A DNA stretch of 64,000 nt, from contig MCFE01000381.1 in assembly GCA_002104905.1 (NCBI GenBank), positions 20,143-84,142 of the forward strand. Reading direction: 5' to 3'. This stretch comes from Basidiobolus meristosporus CBS 931.73 (Eukaryota; Fungi; Basidiobolomycota). The notes under the pieces were generated by a model that saw only the letters and a list, made by a program, of their open reading frames with translations, did no database searches and was not told the DNA's origin. The position numbers were made by a program, and so were the translations under genes. Below are positions 10,639-23,238 of this stretch, piece after piece. Numbering within the stretch: position 1 is the stretch's first letter; every line of letters begins with the position of its first letter.

Positions 10639-12814
10639 TGTTGGAAAAATTTGTATTCCACCTAAATATTCACCTAACTTAGTCACTTAGATCATTACCT
10701 TCAAATCCTAGGGAAAACTGACCAAATTCCTTGTTGGGATTTACTTAGAATATTTTCACCAAAATACCAGGTACCCAGAACATGAAAATTCTCAAAGTTG
10801 CCCAAACAGCCCCAAACTTTGCATGCATGCTCTTGGGACCTTTGCTAACTTATTCTACATGTTTGCTATGCCAAGATCATGTAAGGTATAAATAATACTT
10901 TTGCATTCAGTAAATCTTTAAGTGAGAACCACATAATCTACTTGTCCTCCCAATCACTTCCAATATCTCTAAGACTCTTACAACCGGTTATTAGCCCTGA
11001 ACTGTCACTCTCTACAATGTCTACTACTGCTATTATTTGAATCTCTCCTTCTGCTGAAAAGTTGGATGGATCTAACTACCAAGTGTGGAAAGTGAAGATG
11101 AATATGAAGATGCTGCTACAAGAAAGAGGCCTTTGGGATATTGTCATAGGAGAAGAATGCCCTCCTAAAAATGTGGGAGAGGAGGCCTTGAGGTACCTGA
11201 AGAAAGAACAAAGTGCATTTAACTGCATTTGCATTAAGGTCAAAGACAAATTGCTACTTCAATGCTCATGAGCAAAAACAGCAATGAATGCTTGAACGGC
11301 ATTGGATGACACCTACCAGTCATGTTCAGCTTCTAAGAAAATGTATCTGAGACAAAAATTCTTTACTACAAAGATACAGCCTGGAGAAGAAATGAAAAGT
11401 TTAATTAACAGAATTACCTTGCTGGTAGATGAAATGCAATCTGTTGGCATACTAACTACTGATGAGGATATGATAGTTACCATCCTGAATAGCTTGACAG
11501 ACTAGTTTCAGGGCCTTGTATCAGCCCTAGAGTGCAGAACTGAATATTTGACCTTAAATTACATATATGGAAGGCTCCTGGATGAAGAATTAAGAAAATC
11601 AAGTGCTTATAAGAAGGAAGAAGAAAATGCTTTAATAAGCAATGATAACCAACAAAGGAGGTACCCAAGACCCTACAAAGGCAACAGTAACCTGTTTGCA
11701 ACTACTGCCAAAGGAAATGACACACATCAGACTGGTGTCTCAAAAAGAGAGGTAATCAGCAAAAGAAGCCTGAATATGGAAATGCTGCAACAACTGAAGA
11801 TAGACTATTCATATCTGCACTAAATATGACCACAAACAAGGATTCTCAGCCATGGTATACTGACTCTGGGGCATCTGAGCACTTTACCCACCAAAAAGAA
11901 CTTTTTACCCAATATCAAGAAATTCCAATTAAGAAGGTTTTCATGGGTGACAATAGAGCACTTGATGCAGTGGGAGAAGGGACTATCCAAGTAAACCTTA
12001 GAAGTGTTGTAAAGTTTGTATTTCCACCTAAATATTAACCTAACTTAGCCACTTAGATCATTACCTTCAAATCCTAGAGAATACTGACCAAATTCCTTGT
12101 TGGGATTTACTTAGAATATTTTCACCAAAATACCAGGTACCCAGAACATGAAAATTTGCAAAGTTGCCCAAACAGCCCCAAACTTTGCACACATGTTCTT
12201 GGGACCTTCCTTAGCATATCTTGCATGTTTGTTATGCCAAGACCAAATAAAAGTACAAATACTACTTTTACATTCAACAAATCATTAAGTGAAAACCACA
12301 TAATCTACTTGTCCTCCCAAACACTTCCAATATCTCCAAGACTCTTACAACATGTTATGAGCCCCAAGCTGTCACTCTCTGCAATGTCTAATACTGCTAT
12401 TACTGGAATTTTTCCCTCTGCTGAAAAGTTGGTTGGATCTAACTACCAAGTGTGGAAGGTGAAGATGAAGATGCTGCTACAAGAAAGAGACCTTTAGGAT
12501 ATTGTCATGGGAGAAGAATGCCTCCTCAAAAATGTGGGAGAGGAAGCCTTAAAGTACCAGAAGAAAGAACAAAGTGCCTTTAACTGCATTTGCCCTAATG
12601 TTAAAGACAAATTGCTAATTCAATGCTCAAGAGCAAAAATAGAAAAGAATGCCTGGAAGGCATTAGAAGACACCTACCAGTCATGTTCAGCTGCTAAGAA
12701 AATGTATCTGAGACAAAAATTCTTTGCTACAAAGATGCTGTCACAAGACGAAATGAAAAATCTAATTAACAGAATTACCCTGCTGGTAGATGAGATGGAA
12801 TTTGTGGGTGTACC

Positions 12815-13892
12815 TGTAGTGGGGTCACAGTGGCACCCACAGGTGGATGTGCTCATTCTCATACATTCACTTCCCTAAAAAGGATTACCCCCCTATATTA
12901 GTATCATCCCAAATTTGCAATAGTTCCTATTTTTGTCTATGTGATTATTACTATGCAACCTGACAAACTATTTGTCACTATTAACCCATTGCACAAGCTA
13001 TTCTTATTCCTTGCCAAGATGCCAAGATAAGATAGTTACCATATAAGGCAAGTGCCCCAACAGTGCCCATGTCATGTGGCTGTCTTGGTTTCATAACCCT
13101 CCTATCCTACTGCCATAAGAGGCAACCACATGACACAGGGTTTCATATTACCACTACCTGATTGGCTAGGTGCTAATATGTCTCATGGAACAATCTGCCA
13201 AGAATTTACGCTATTTTTAGTACACAATGACATGATTGGCTGTCTACTACCTTCTGGAAACTTCTGAAAAGTATTTTCTAGCAAGAATTTGAGCAGCAAA
13301 AAAGTATATAAGGGAGGCTATCCCTTAAAATAAATCATCCCTCTTCCAATATTCCAACTTATTGATTAGTGAGATCACCACTGCCTATTACCACTATTTT
13401 CTGACTCAGACCTGATGATACTCCCAGGAAACCGCACTGACAGCCAACTGACCTTGGAGGCACTACTTGTGAGGAATACTCAGAGTAGGTATATTTTTTT
13501 ATATTTGTTTGTTTTCCCAAGTTTGTTCTTGTACAGGCAGAGATACTTTTCAGTCTTTGTAACTACTGGTCAAAGCTGCATTCTTATCAAGTCCCTGTTG
13601 GTAGAGTTTACAGTTGTTTTGACTTTGGAAGCTTAGGTACATTGTCATCTCAAAGGATGTCAAAGCCATTATAAACTTTTGTTAAGATGCCAACTAAGTT
13701 GGGGATTGTAGTTCAATAGTTTTCCCTTGACAAGCTTGAGGCTTTATCCCCCTCCACATTAGATTAGACAAAAGACCCAGTATTCCTAGCAAGCTTTTGC
13801 CAGAGGTTATTGCACCCAGTGAACACCCCACACACACTCATACTTGAGAAGTGTTGGCTGTATTTTTCCCTTTGGACTTATACACCACCACA
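12815..13892 (+). mobile_element. Solo gypsy LTR-A in Copia-3 gag
   Basis: tgtagtgggg...caccaccaca with 5-bp TSD GTACC; gag is continuous across it. Confidence 0.93.
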
Positions 13893-14061
13893 GTACCAAT
13901 CTACTGATGAGGATGTGGTAGTTACCATCCTGAATAGCCTGACAGACAAGTTTCAGGGCCTTGTATCAGCCCTAGAGTCTAGAACTGAAGATTTGACCTT
14001 AAATTACATATATGGAAGGCTCCTGGATGAAGAATTAGGAAAATCAAGTGCTAGTAAGAAG

Positions 14062-15218
14062 TGTTGTGTTGTATTATGATTAGTTTGGGGCTTGTTCTAC
14101 AATGTAGAGGCTAATCAACAATATACAACAACTTCCAGTATGCTAATACTGAAATAGTTTATTGGGAGTTTGATATACCAATAGAAGATATAACTTTAAC
14201 TAATTTCCTCAATCTTGGGCTCAAAATATACTGTAGGCAGTGTTTATCACTTCTACAGCAGTGTTCTGACCTTCTGTTGAACTAATGGGCTTATTTGGAA
14301 GTCACTTTCCTTTCTGAGAAAATATTTCCTAATATGGAAATTCTGAACTCCCCTTTAACCCAAAGGGGTGCGTTGTAGAAGTCTCTAAAGGGGTCTTTAG
14401 ACCTAAAGGGGTGTTTTAGAGTAAAGGGGCTTCTTGTAGTGGTCTCTAAAGTGGACTTTACACTAAAGGGGTGCCTAAAGGGGCTTCTTTAGAGTAAAGG
14501 GGTTTCTTAAAGGGGTATCTAAAGGGGTTTCTTAGAGGGGACTTTTCCAACAGAAAAGTGGTAGTTTCTTGTAGAACTTAGATTTGATTCTTGTGAGCTT
14601 TGCAGTCTCTTTACTGATGTAGTACCGATCAAAGTCAGAATACTCAACAGTGCAAGTGATGCAGGGGAAGTCTTATAACCTTTAAACTTGTAATTGTAGT
14701 GTGGAGATTCTGGAAAGAGAGGCTCTCTCTTTTTTTTTCAGCTGGGGAAGTCATATATATGAAAATTTTGAAGGATCAAAGTTTTTGGGCAATTGCGCAA
14801 GCAATACACGTGATACAAAGCTAAAAATTTGCAGTGGCGCAGATCGGACATAGGCGCAGCACCTGTGGAGATTTCAAGTGATTTGATTGGCTGGTTCGAA
14901 AGTTACACGCGATCAAAGTCACCATAGTAATCCTAGCAATAAGGCATAGTATATATAATAGTTGGACTCTTTTGGTTATAACTCCTTAAGTACTGCTTCA
15001 AATGAGCTGTAATTTGAAACATGTGTTGGCTACTACGTGTTCTGTATGACATAATATTCTTGGGTGGATTGCTTGTCAGGGTCTGGAGCATTTGTTCTTC
15101 AAAGTTGGAAGTTCTTGATCTTTCACTTGTGTGTTATGATAGCAAAAAGCAAAATAAAGAAATGAGTGCAATATTGGTTTAGAGATACTGTAGTAATGGA
15201 ATACTTTCCATTACCACA
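14062..15218 (-). mobile_element. Solo gypsy LTR-C in Copia-3 gag
   Basis: Reverse complement of 20836-22109, 4-bp TSD GAAG, AAAGGGG array. Confidence 0.92.
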
Positions 15219-16024
15219 GAAGGAAGAAGAAAATGCTTTAATAAGCAATGATAACCAACAAAGAAGGTACCCAAGACCCTACAAAGGCAACAGCAACCTG
15301 TTTTGCAACTACTGCCAAAAGTAAGGACACACATCAGACCGGTGTCTCAAAGAGAAAGATAATCTATAAAAGAAGCCTGAATATGGAAATGCTGCAACAA
15401 CTGAAGATAGACTACTCATATCTGCACTAAATATGACCACAAACAATGATTCTCAGACGTGGTATATTGACTCTGGAGCATCTCAACACTTTACACACCA
15501 AAAAGAACTTTTTACCCAATATCAAGAAATTCCAATAAGAAGGTTTTCCTGGGTGACAATAGAACACTTGATGCAGTGGGAGAAGGAACTATCCAAGTAA
15601 GCCTAAGAACCAGTGAAGAATGCCATACACTGACCCTTAAAGAAGTACTCTATGTGCCAGAAATAGCCAAGAACCTATTATCTGTAAGCAAGGTCACTGC
15701 AGAAGGACTCAGTTACAGCTTTGACAATTCTGGATGCATGATCACTGATCAAAATGGTGCCCATATTGCTTTGGGTATCAGAGATCAGAACCTATACAAG
15801 TTGACTTATATTCCATCATATTTGGAAGCCAATATAAGTAACTTAAATGAAGAAACACCAATGGTTTGGCATCCCCCAGCTAACTTGGAGCACTGTGAAG
15901 CCTGCATATAAGGGAAACAAGCCAGAAAACTGTTCAAGAGCTTTGGGTTGATCAAAACTAAGAAAAAATTAGATCTAATTCTTTCAGATCTGTGTGAACC
16001 TATGCAAAATTTATCCTTGGGTGG

Positions 16025-16828
16025 TGTGGTAGGGTAAACATACCTCCCACTGACAAGTTTATTCATATAGTCATTATGATATACTTATCCATATTTTAAC
16101 TTATCAGTATTATCCCATTCTCCTTTTGCCCATATTATCAGTATTATCCCCAAATGATCTTTACCCTAATAAGCTATCAACATTAGTTATCCCAGATGTT
16201 ATTCAGCTTTGTGATCAGTATATGTATTGACATAAGGCAAGTACTGGCGTCAGTACCTGTGACACATGACCTAGGTCTGTATTACCATCCCTACTATTTC
16301 AATACCATATATGGTATCTCTATGTTGCACAGGTTTCAGACTGCTGATTCCTGATTGGTTGAATGTGCTGTGCCTTTTAGAACCTTCCAGGACATTCTTG
16401 GCATATTTTTAGCTCATAGTGATGTCATCAAGAATTCCACTGACACCTAGAATCTTCTAGAACCTTGTCATTGGTAATCACTTGGCAACCAGGAAAAGTA
16501 TTTAAGGGAAAGCAATCCCTCATCAATAAGTCATCCCTTCTATCAGTAACACATCTACCTTATTGATTAGCAGTTGATCACTGCACCTGCCTTCAACAGT
16601 ACATCTCAGACCTGCCATCAAGGAGCTTCTCAGGGTAGTGCACAAGACACACAGAGGCCTTTGGAGACACTTGGAGCACCTAGGAAGCTAGCAAAGCAGA
16701 AGCTTTTACCAAAGTGACATATTGACAAAGACACCAGCAGTTTAGACCCAGAGGTTATTGCACCCATCAGACACCTAACATACCTTGAGTTGTGTAGCTT
16801 CTCCCAGGAATACCTCTACACCACCACA
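16025..16828 (+). mobile_element. Solo gypsy LTR-F (804 bp, distantly LTR-A-like) in Copia-3 integrase
   Basis: tgtggtaggg...caccaccaca. Same length as the reverse copy at 54908-55711. Flanks GTGG/GCAG reconstruct a 4-bp TSD GCGG. Confidence 0.9.
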
Positions 16829-19800
16829 GCAGGATAAATTATTTAATAACTTTTACTGATGATTATACAAGATACACATGGGTCTACTGCATAGAGAGAA
16901 TGGAAGAAGCTCTGTCTAAGTTCAGGGAGTTTAAAGCCATGGTGGAGAGAGAAACTGGTGAAAAAATCAAGAAAATACGCTCTGACAATGGTGGAGAATA
17001 TACCTCAAAACTCTTCATCCACTTCTGCAAGATTCATGGGATAAAGCAAGAGACTACTGTACCATACTCCCCACAGCAAAATGAAGTAGCAGAACATGCT
17101 AACAGATCAATAATTGATATGGCAAGATCTATGATCCATGATCAAAAATTATCCTATGATTTTTGAGCGGAATCAGTTGCCACAGCTGTATATCTTAAAA
17201 ATAGAAGTTATAACAGAATACTTTGTGATTCTACTCCATTTAAAGCATGGCATGGACACAGACTAAGTGTAGAACATCTAAGAATATTTGGGTGTACAGC
17301 ATATGCCAAGAAACTGCCCGGAAATCAGTCAAAATTTGAGCCAAAAGGTGTAATATGCATATTTTTGGGCTACTGCAATGAGAGCAAAGCATACAGACTC
17401 TACAATATCAAAGCAAAGAAGCTGATCAAGTCCAGGGATGTGTTGTTTTATGAAAAATCAAAATTTTCACTAAAATGACATCAGATGATCACAAAAATTT
17501 GATATCAAGTCCACCAACGGCCAGGACTGAATCAGAGAAAAATAATGAAAGTTTTTTCACTCCCAAGGGCTCTACAGCCATGGTTCAGCCAGAATCAGTG
17601 CCCAGGTATATCCCAGAAGTGATCATTCCAGTATCAAATGCCCAGAGATCCAGTTGGACAAGAAAATAGCCCAAATTACTATATCAGTGAGAGTACAAAC
17701 TTAGCCTATGCCTATTCAGTACATATTGATGAACCCCAGACAATAAAAGAGGCCCTAAATAGCCCTCAGACAATGTTTTGGAGATCTGCAATGACTGAGG
17801 AATATCATTCCTGATGGAAAATCAAACTTGGGACTTAGTCAAATTACCAATCAACCAAAAATCAATTGGATGCAGATGGGTCTTCAAGACAAAATACAAG
17901 GTTGATGGTACAATTGAAAGATACAAAGCAAGACTTGTGGCCAAAGAATACTCTCAAACAAAAGGACTTGACTATACTGAGACCTTTGCACCGGTAGCCA
18001 AGTGTAATTCCATCAGATTAATATTAGCTATTGCAGCCAAATATAAGATTTTTATTCATCAAATGGATGTAAAAGCTGCATTTTTGAATGGAGAACTTAA
18101 TTAGAACATGTATATGGACCAGCTTGATGGGTTTGTTGACCAAGATAACCCCCATTTGGTCTGCAAGCTTAAAAAGTCACTATATGGTCTCAAACAATCA
18201 CCACAGGCCTGGAATCGCAAGATAGATTCTTATTTGGAATATTTGAGTTTCAAATGGAGTAATGCTGACTATAGTATATACTATAAGCCAGACAGAGCAA
18301 ATCTAGTTTTATTAGCTCTATATGTGGATGATCTTATTATAGCCATCAGTAACCTAGAAACACTGGAAGAGACTAAATCCAGCCTATCTAAAGAGTTCAA
18401 GATGTCCAAGCTAGGAGAACTTAGGTACCGCTTAGGGATTAAGTTATCCATATACAGAAGTACCCAGACTATCACCCTAAGTCAGTCCAAGTATATTGAA
18501 GATATACTAAAGAAGTACCAAATGGAAGACTGTAAACTGGCTGCTACCCCAATGGAGACAAACCTTAACTTGGTCAAAGCTCAACCAAATGAAGAGAGCT
18601 TGGTGCCATCTGAAAGCCCTGACTTTCCTTATCAATCAACAGTCAGCAGTCTCATATATATCTTGCTAGGAACACATCCAGATATTTCATATTCAGTGCG
18701 AGTTGTCAGCCAACATAATCAGAACTATAGATCTGATCATATTACAGCAGTTAAGTGGATTTTTAGATACCTAAAAGGAACTGCTGATATCTGCCTAGTA
18801 TAGACTTATAAGGATTTGGAACAGGATCTTGTGGGATACTCTGATGCTGATTGGGGACAAAATTTAGAAGACAGAAGAACCACCACAGGATACGCTTTTC
18901 TTTACTGTCAAGGAGCAATTTCATGGAATTCAAGAAAGCAACCAACCATAGCACTTTTACCACAGAGGCAGAGTATATGGCAGGCTGTGAAGCTACAAAA
19001 GAAGCAATGTGGTTAAGAAAGCTTTTTACCAATTTAGGCCTATGTGAAAATATGCCTATTACTTTATTTCAAGATAAATAAGGATGAATTCAATTAGGTA
19101 GAAATCCAACTTTTCATCCCAGAACCAAGCACATAGTTATTAGACATCATTTCATACATGAAGCAATAGAAAATAACTTGGTTAGCTTAGTTTGCTGTCC
19201 TACAGATGAAATGATTGCAGACATATTCACCAAATCATTAGCTAGAGACAAGTTTGAATATCTTAGGTCAAATTAGGACTAGTCAGTATGAACATTTAGC
19301 GGAGTGGGAGTGTTGTAAAATTCTTATTTCCACCTAAATACTCTCCTAACTTAGCCACTTGGATCATTACCTTCAAATCCTAGAGAATACTGACCAATTC
19401 CTGGTTGGGTTTTACTTAGAATATTTCCACCAAAATATCATGTATCCAGAACATGAAAATTCTCAAAGTTGTCCAAACAGCCCCAAACTTTGCACACATG
19501 TTCTTGGGACCTTCCTTAGCCTATTCTAGGTGTTTGCTATGCCAGGACCATGTAAAAGTATAAATACTACTTTTACATTCAATATATCATTAAGTGAAAA
19601 CCACATAATCTACTTGTCCTCCCAATCACTTCCAATATCTCCAAGACTCTTACAATAAGAAACAATGAGCAAAGCAATACACTGACCTTTAAAGAAGTAC
19701 TATATGTACCAGAAATAGTCAAGAACCTACTATCTGTTAACAAGGCCACTGCAGAAGGACTCAGTTTCAACTTTTACAATTCTGGATGCTAGATCACTGA

Positions 19801-21514
19801 TCTAAATGGTGCCCATATTGCATTGGGTACATCAATTTTGATTATTTGCGCAAAATGATCAAAGATCAGCTAATTTCTGGAGTGGAAATTGATCCCCCAG
19901 CTAATTTGGAGTACTGTGAAGCCTGCATATATGGGAAACAAGCCAGACAACTGTTCAAGAGCTCTGGGTTAACCAAAACTAATAAAAAATTAGATCTAAT
20001 TCACTCAGATCTGTGTGGACCTATGCAAAATTTATCCTTAGGTGGGATGAAATATTTAATCACTTTTACTGATGATTATACAAGATACATGTGGGTTTAC
20101 TTCATGGAGAGAAAGGAAGAGGCTCTGTCTAAGTTCAGGGAGTTTAAAGCCATGGTGGAGAGAGAAACTGGAAGAAAAATCAAGAAAATACACTCTGACA
20201 ATAGTGGAGAATGTACCTCAAACTCTTCATCCACTTCTGCAAAATTCATGGGATAAAGCAACTGACTACTGTACCATACTCCCCACAGCAAAATGTAGTA
20301 GCAGACCATGCTAACAGATCACTAATTGACATGGCAAAATCTTTGATCCATGATCAAAAATTATCCTATGATTTTTGGGCGGAATCAGTTACTGCTGCTG
20401 TATCACTTAAAAACAAGGATTATAACCAAATACTTTGTGATTCTGCTCCATTTGAAGCATGGTATGGACACAGACTAAGTGCACAACATCTAAGAATATT
20501 GAGTGTACAGCATATGCCAAGATACTGCCTGGAAATCAGTCAAAATTTGAGCCAAAAAGTGTAATATGCATATTGTTGGGCCACAGCAATGCAAGTAAGG
20601 CATACAGACTTGACAATACCAAATAAAAGAAGCTGAGCAAGTCCAGGGATGTGTTGTTTGATGAAAATACAAAATTTTTCACTAAAATGACATCAGATGA
20701 TGACAAAATTTAACCTCAAGTCCACCAATTGTCAGGATTGAATCAGAGCAAAATAATGAAAATTTTTTCACTCCCAAGGACTCTACAACCATGGTTCAGC
20801 CAGAGTCAGTGCCCAGGAATATCCCAGAAGTGATTTGTGCTAATGGAAAGTATTCCATTACTACAATATCTCTAAACCAATATTGCACTTATTTCTTTAT
20901 TTTGCTTTTTGCTATCGTAACACACAAGAGAAAGATCAAGAATTTCCAACTTTGAAGAGCAAATGCTCCAGACCCTGACAAGCAATCCACCCAAGAATAT
21001 TATGTCATACAGAACACGTAGTAGCCAACACATGTTTCAAATTACAGCTCATTTGAAGCAGTACTTAAGGAGTTATGACCAAAAGAGTCCAACTATTATA
21101 TATACTATGCCTTATTGCTAGGATTACTATGGTGACTTTGATTGCATGTAACTTTTGAACCAGCCAATCATATCACGTGATATTTTCACAGGTGCTGCGC
21201 CTATGTCCGATCTGCGCCACTGCAAATTTTTAGCTTCGTGTCACGTGTATTGCTTGCGCAATTGCCCAAAAACTTTGATCCTTCAAAATTTTCATATATA
21301 TGACTTCCCCAGCTGAAAAATAAAGAGAGAGCCTCTCTTTCCAGAATCTCCACACTACAATTACAAGTTTAAAGGTTATAAGACTTCCCCTGCATCACTT
21401 GCACTGTTGAGTATTCTGACTTTGATCAGTACTACATCAGTAAAGAGACTGCAAAGCCCACAAGAATCCAATCTAAGTTCTACAAGCAACTACCACTTTT
21501 CTGTCGGAAAAGTC

Positions 21515-21800
21515 CCCTCTAAGAAGCCCCTTTACTCTAAAGACACCCCTTTAGACACCCCTTTAGGTCTAAAGACCCCTTTAGACACCCCTTTAGGTCT
21601 AAAGACCCCTTTAGAGACCCCTTTAAGAAACCCCTTTACTCTAAAGAAGCCCCTTTAGGCACCCCTTTAGTGTAAAGTCCACTTTAGAGACCACTACAAG
21701 AAGCCCCTTTACTCTAAAGACACCCCTTTAGACACCCCTTTAGGTCTAAAGACCCCTTTAGAGACTTCTACAACACACCCCTTTAGGTTAAAGGGGAGTT
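21515..21800 (+). repeat. Irregular CCCCTTTAG tandem array inside LTR-C
   Basis: About 16 CCCCT cores here, about 10 in the 14062 copy and about 12 in the 41453 copy. Confidence 0.9.
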
Positions 21801-22115
21801 CAGGATTTCCATATTAGGAAATATTTTCTCAGAAAGGAAAGTGACTTCCAAATAAGGAAAAGTTACTATAAAAGTAAATAAGCCCATTAGTCAACAGAAG
21901 GTCAGAACACTGCTGTAGAAGTGATAAACACTGCCTACAGTATATTTTGAGCCCAAGATTGAGGAAATTAGTTAAAGTTATATCTTCTATTGGTATATCA
22001 AACTCCCAATAAACTATTTCAGTATTAGCATACTGGAAGTTGTTGTATATTGTTGATTAGCCTCTACATTGTAGAACAAGCCCCAAACTAATCATAATAC
22101 AACACAACAAGAATT

Positions 22116-22131
22116 TGGTGGAGGACCTGGG
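22116..22131 (+). promoter_or_regulatory. PBS, tRNA-Ala type
   Basis: TGGTGGAGGACCTGGG is complementary to ...GUCCUCC-A-CCA, with U70 and discriminator A73 typical of tRNA-Ala. Confidence 0.65.
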
Positions 22132-22176
22132 TAGTTTGAACCTTTCACTATACAACCATCAAGAAGCGTTACAAGA

Positions 22177-22716
22177 ATGACCAATACACCACTCCCAGAG
22201 TTAATAGCCACTTTTAAAGGTGCCATTCCAGTAAAATTCTCAGGAGAGAATGTACTGAGTTCTAGAAGAGTTAACGATATAGCTGCAGCATTTGAGCTAT
22301 CACACAAGAACAAAATCCAGTTGTTCCCCTTTCTCTGTGAAGTTGAAGTATCAAGATTCTTACGAAGTTTGGACCCATTTAAGATATCTGTTGGCGCTAA
22401 CTATAACTGGGACACTGCTCAACAAGCTATTTTAGCTGAGTACCAAAAGGAAGCACAGTTTGTTACACTAAATGAGCTAGAGATGCCTTACGACAAGATC
22501 CAACCCTTGCAGAAGTACATTCAAAAGTTTGAGTCAAAAGCAAGGCATGTTGAAGCAGCTATTGGAGTTCCAAGATATTATCAAAGAAACTATTTTCTGA
22601 TGAATATGCCTCCTGAAATACGTAATGCCATTAGCCACCAAGTTCAGGCTACAAGCTCCTACAACAATGTTAAACAAATGGTGTTAAACTATCAATCAGG
22701 GAGACATTATATTTGA
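22177..22716 (+). pseudogene. gag: Retrotransposon gag (capsid-like), 3'-truncated
   Basis: ATG 60 nt after the PBS; FSGENV, W..AQQAILAEY, YIQKFE, FLMNMPPEIR. The last codons come from LTR-A. Confidence 0.75.
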
Positions 22717-23101
22717 TTCTTTCCAAGTTTGTTCTTGTACAGGCAAAGATACTTTTCTGTCTTTGTAACTATTGACCAAAGCTGCATTCTTATCAAGTCC
22801 CTGCTGGTGGAGTTTACAGTTGTTTTGACTTTGGAAGCTTTACTACATTGTCATCTCAAAGGATGCTGAACCCAGCACATACTTTTGTTAAGACACCAAC
22901 TAAGTTGGGGATTGTAGCTCAATAGTTTTCCCTTGACAAGCTTGTGGCTTTATTCCCCTTCACATTAGATTAAAGACAGAACCCAAGTATTCCTAGCAAG
23001 CTTTTGCCAGAGGTTATCACACCCAGTGAACACCCCACACACAAAACACTTGAGAAGTGTTGGACGTATCTCTCCCTTGGACTTATACACCACCACATAT
23101 T

Positions 23102-23119
23102 TGGCACCCAGCGTGGGGG
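23102..23119 (+). promoter_or_regulatory. PBS, tRNA-Lys type
   Basis: tggcacccagcgtggggg vs canonical Lys(CUU) PBS TGGCGCCCAACGTGGGGC. Confidence 0.8.
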
Positions 23120-23238
23120 GTTCATACAAGCTCCCTAGGACCCAACAAGATTTACCTGAAGATTTGAGCTGTTATCCACCTATTGAAAAGAGACTACAGA
23201 TATTACCAAGATTACAACACCAACATACATGCCCAAAA

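Larger units (their letters stand above)
12005..19657 (+). mobile_element. Copia-3: full-length copy nested in Copia-2, carrying three solo gypsy LTRs
   Basis: LTRs 12005-12352 and 19311-19657, TSD AGAAG/AGAAA, PBS 12353, PPT ggagtgggag, gag/PR/IN/RT/RH fragments matching Copia-1. Confidence 0.92.
10639..20835 (+). mobile_element. Copia-2: same family as Copia-1, 3'-truncated, split by Copia-3 (pieces 10639-12004 and 19658-20835)
   Basis: 5' LTR 10639-10985, PBS, degenerate gag-PR to 12004. PR-IN resumes at 19658 and stops at 20835 where LTR-C begins. Confidence 0.88.
20836..22706 (+). mobile_element. Gypsy-C 5' remnant: LTR-C (20836-22109), PBS and truncated gag
   Basis: TG..CA LTR followed by tggtggaggacctggg and a gag-like ORF; truncated at the junction with LTR-A. 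Confidence 0.85.

Noticed and set aside
14062-15218. LTR-C as a Ginger/TIR DNA transposon (TGT..ACA ends, 4-bp TSD)
   Set aside because: The ends are not inverted repeats, and the 20836 copy is followed by a PBS and gag
21515-21800. CCCCTTTAG array as telomeric repeat or CRISPR-like array
   Set aside because: Irregular short spacers, embedded at the same position in three copies of one LTR; no constant repeat with unique spacers, no cas genes
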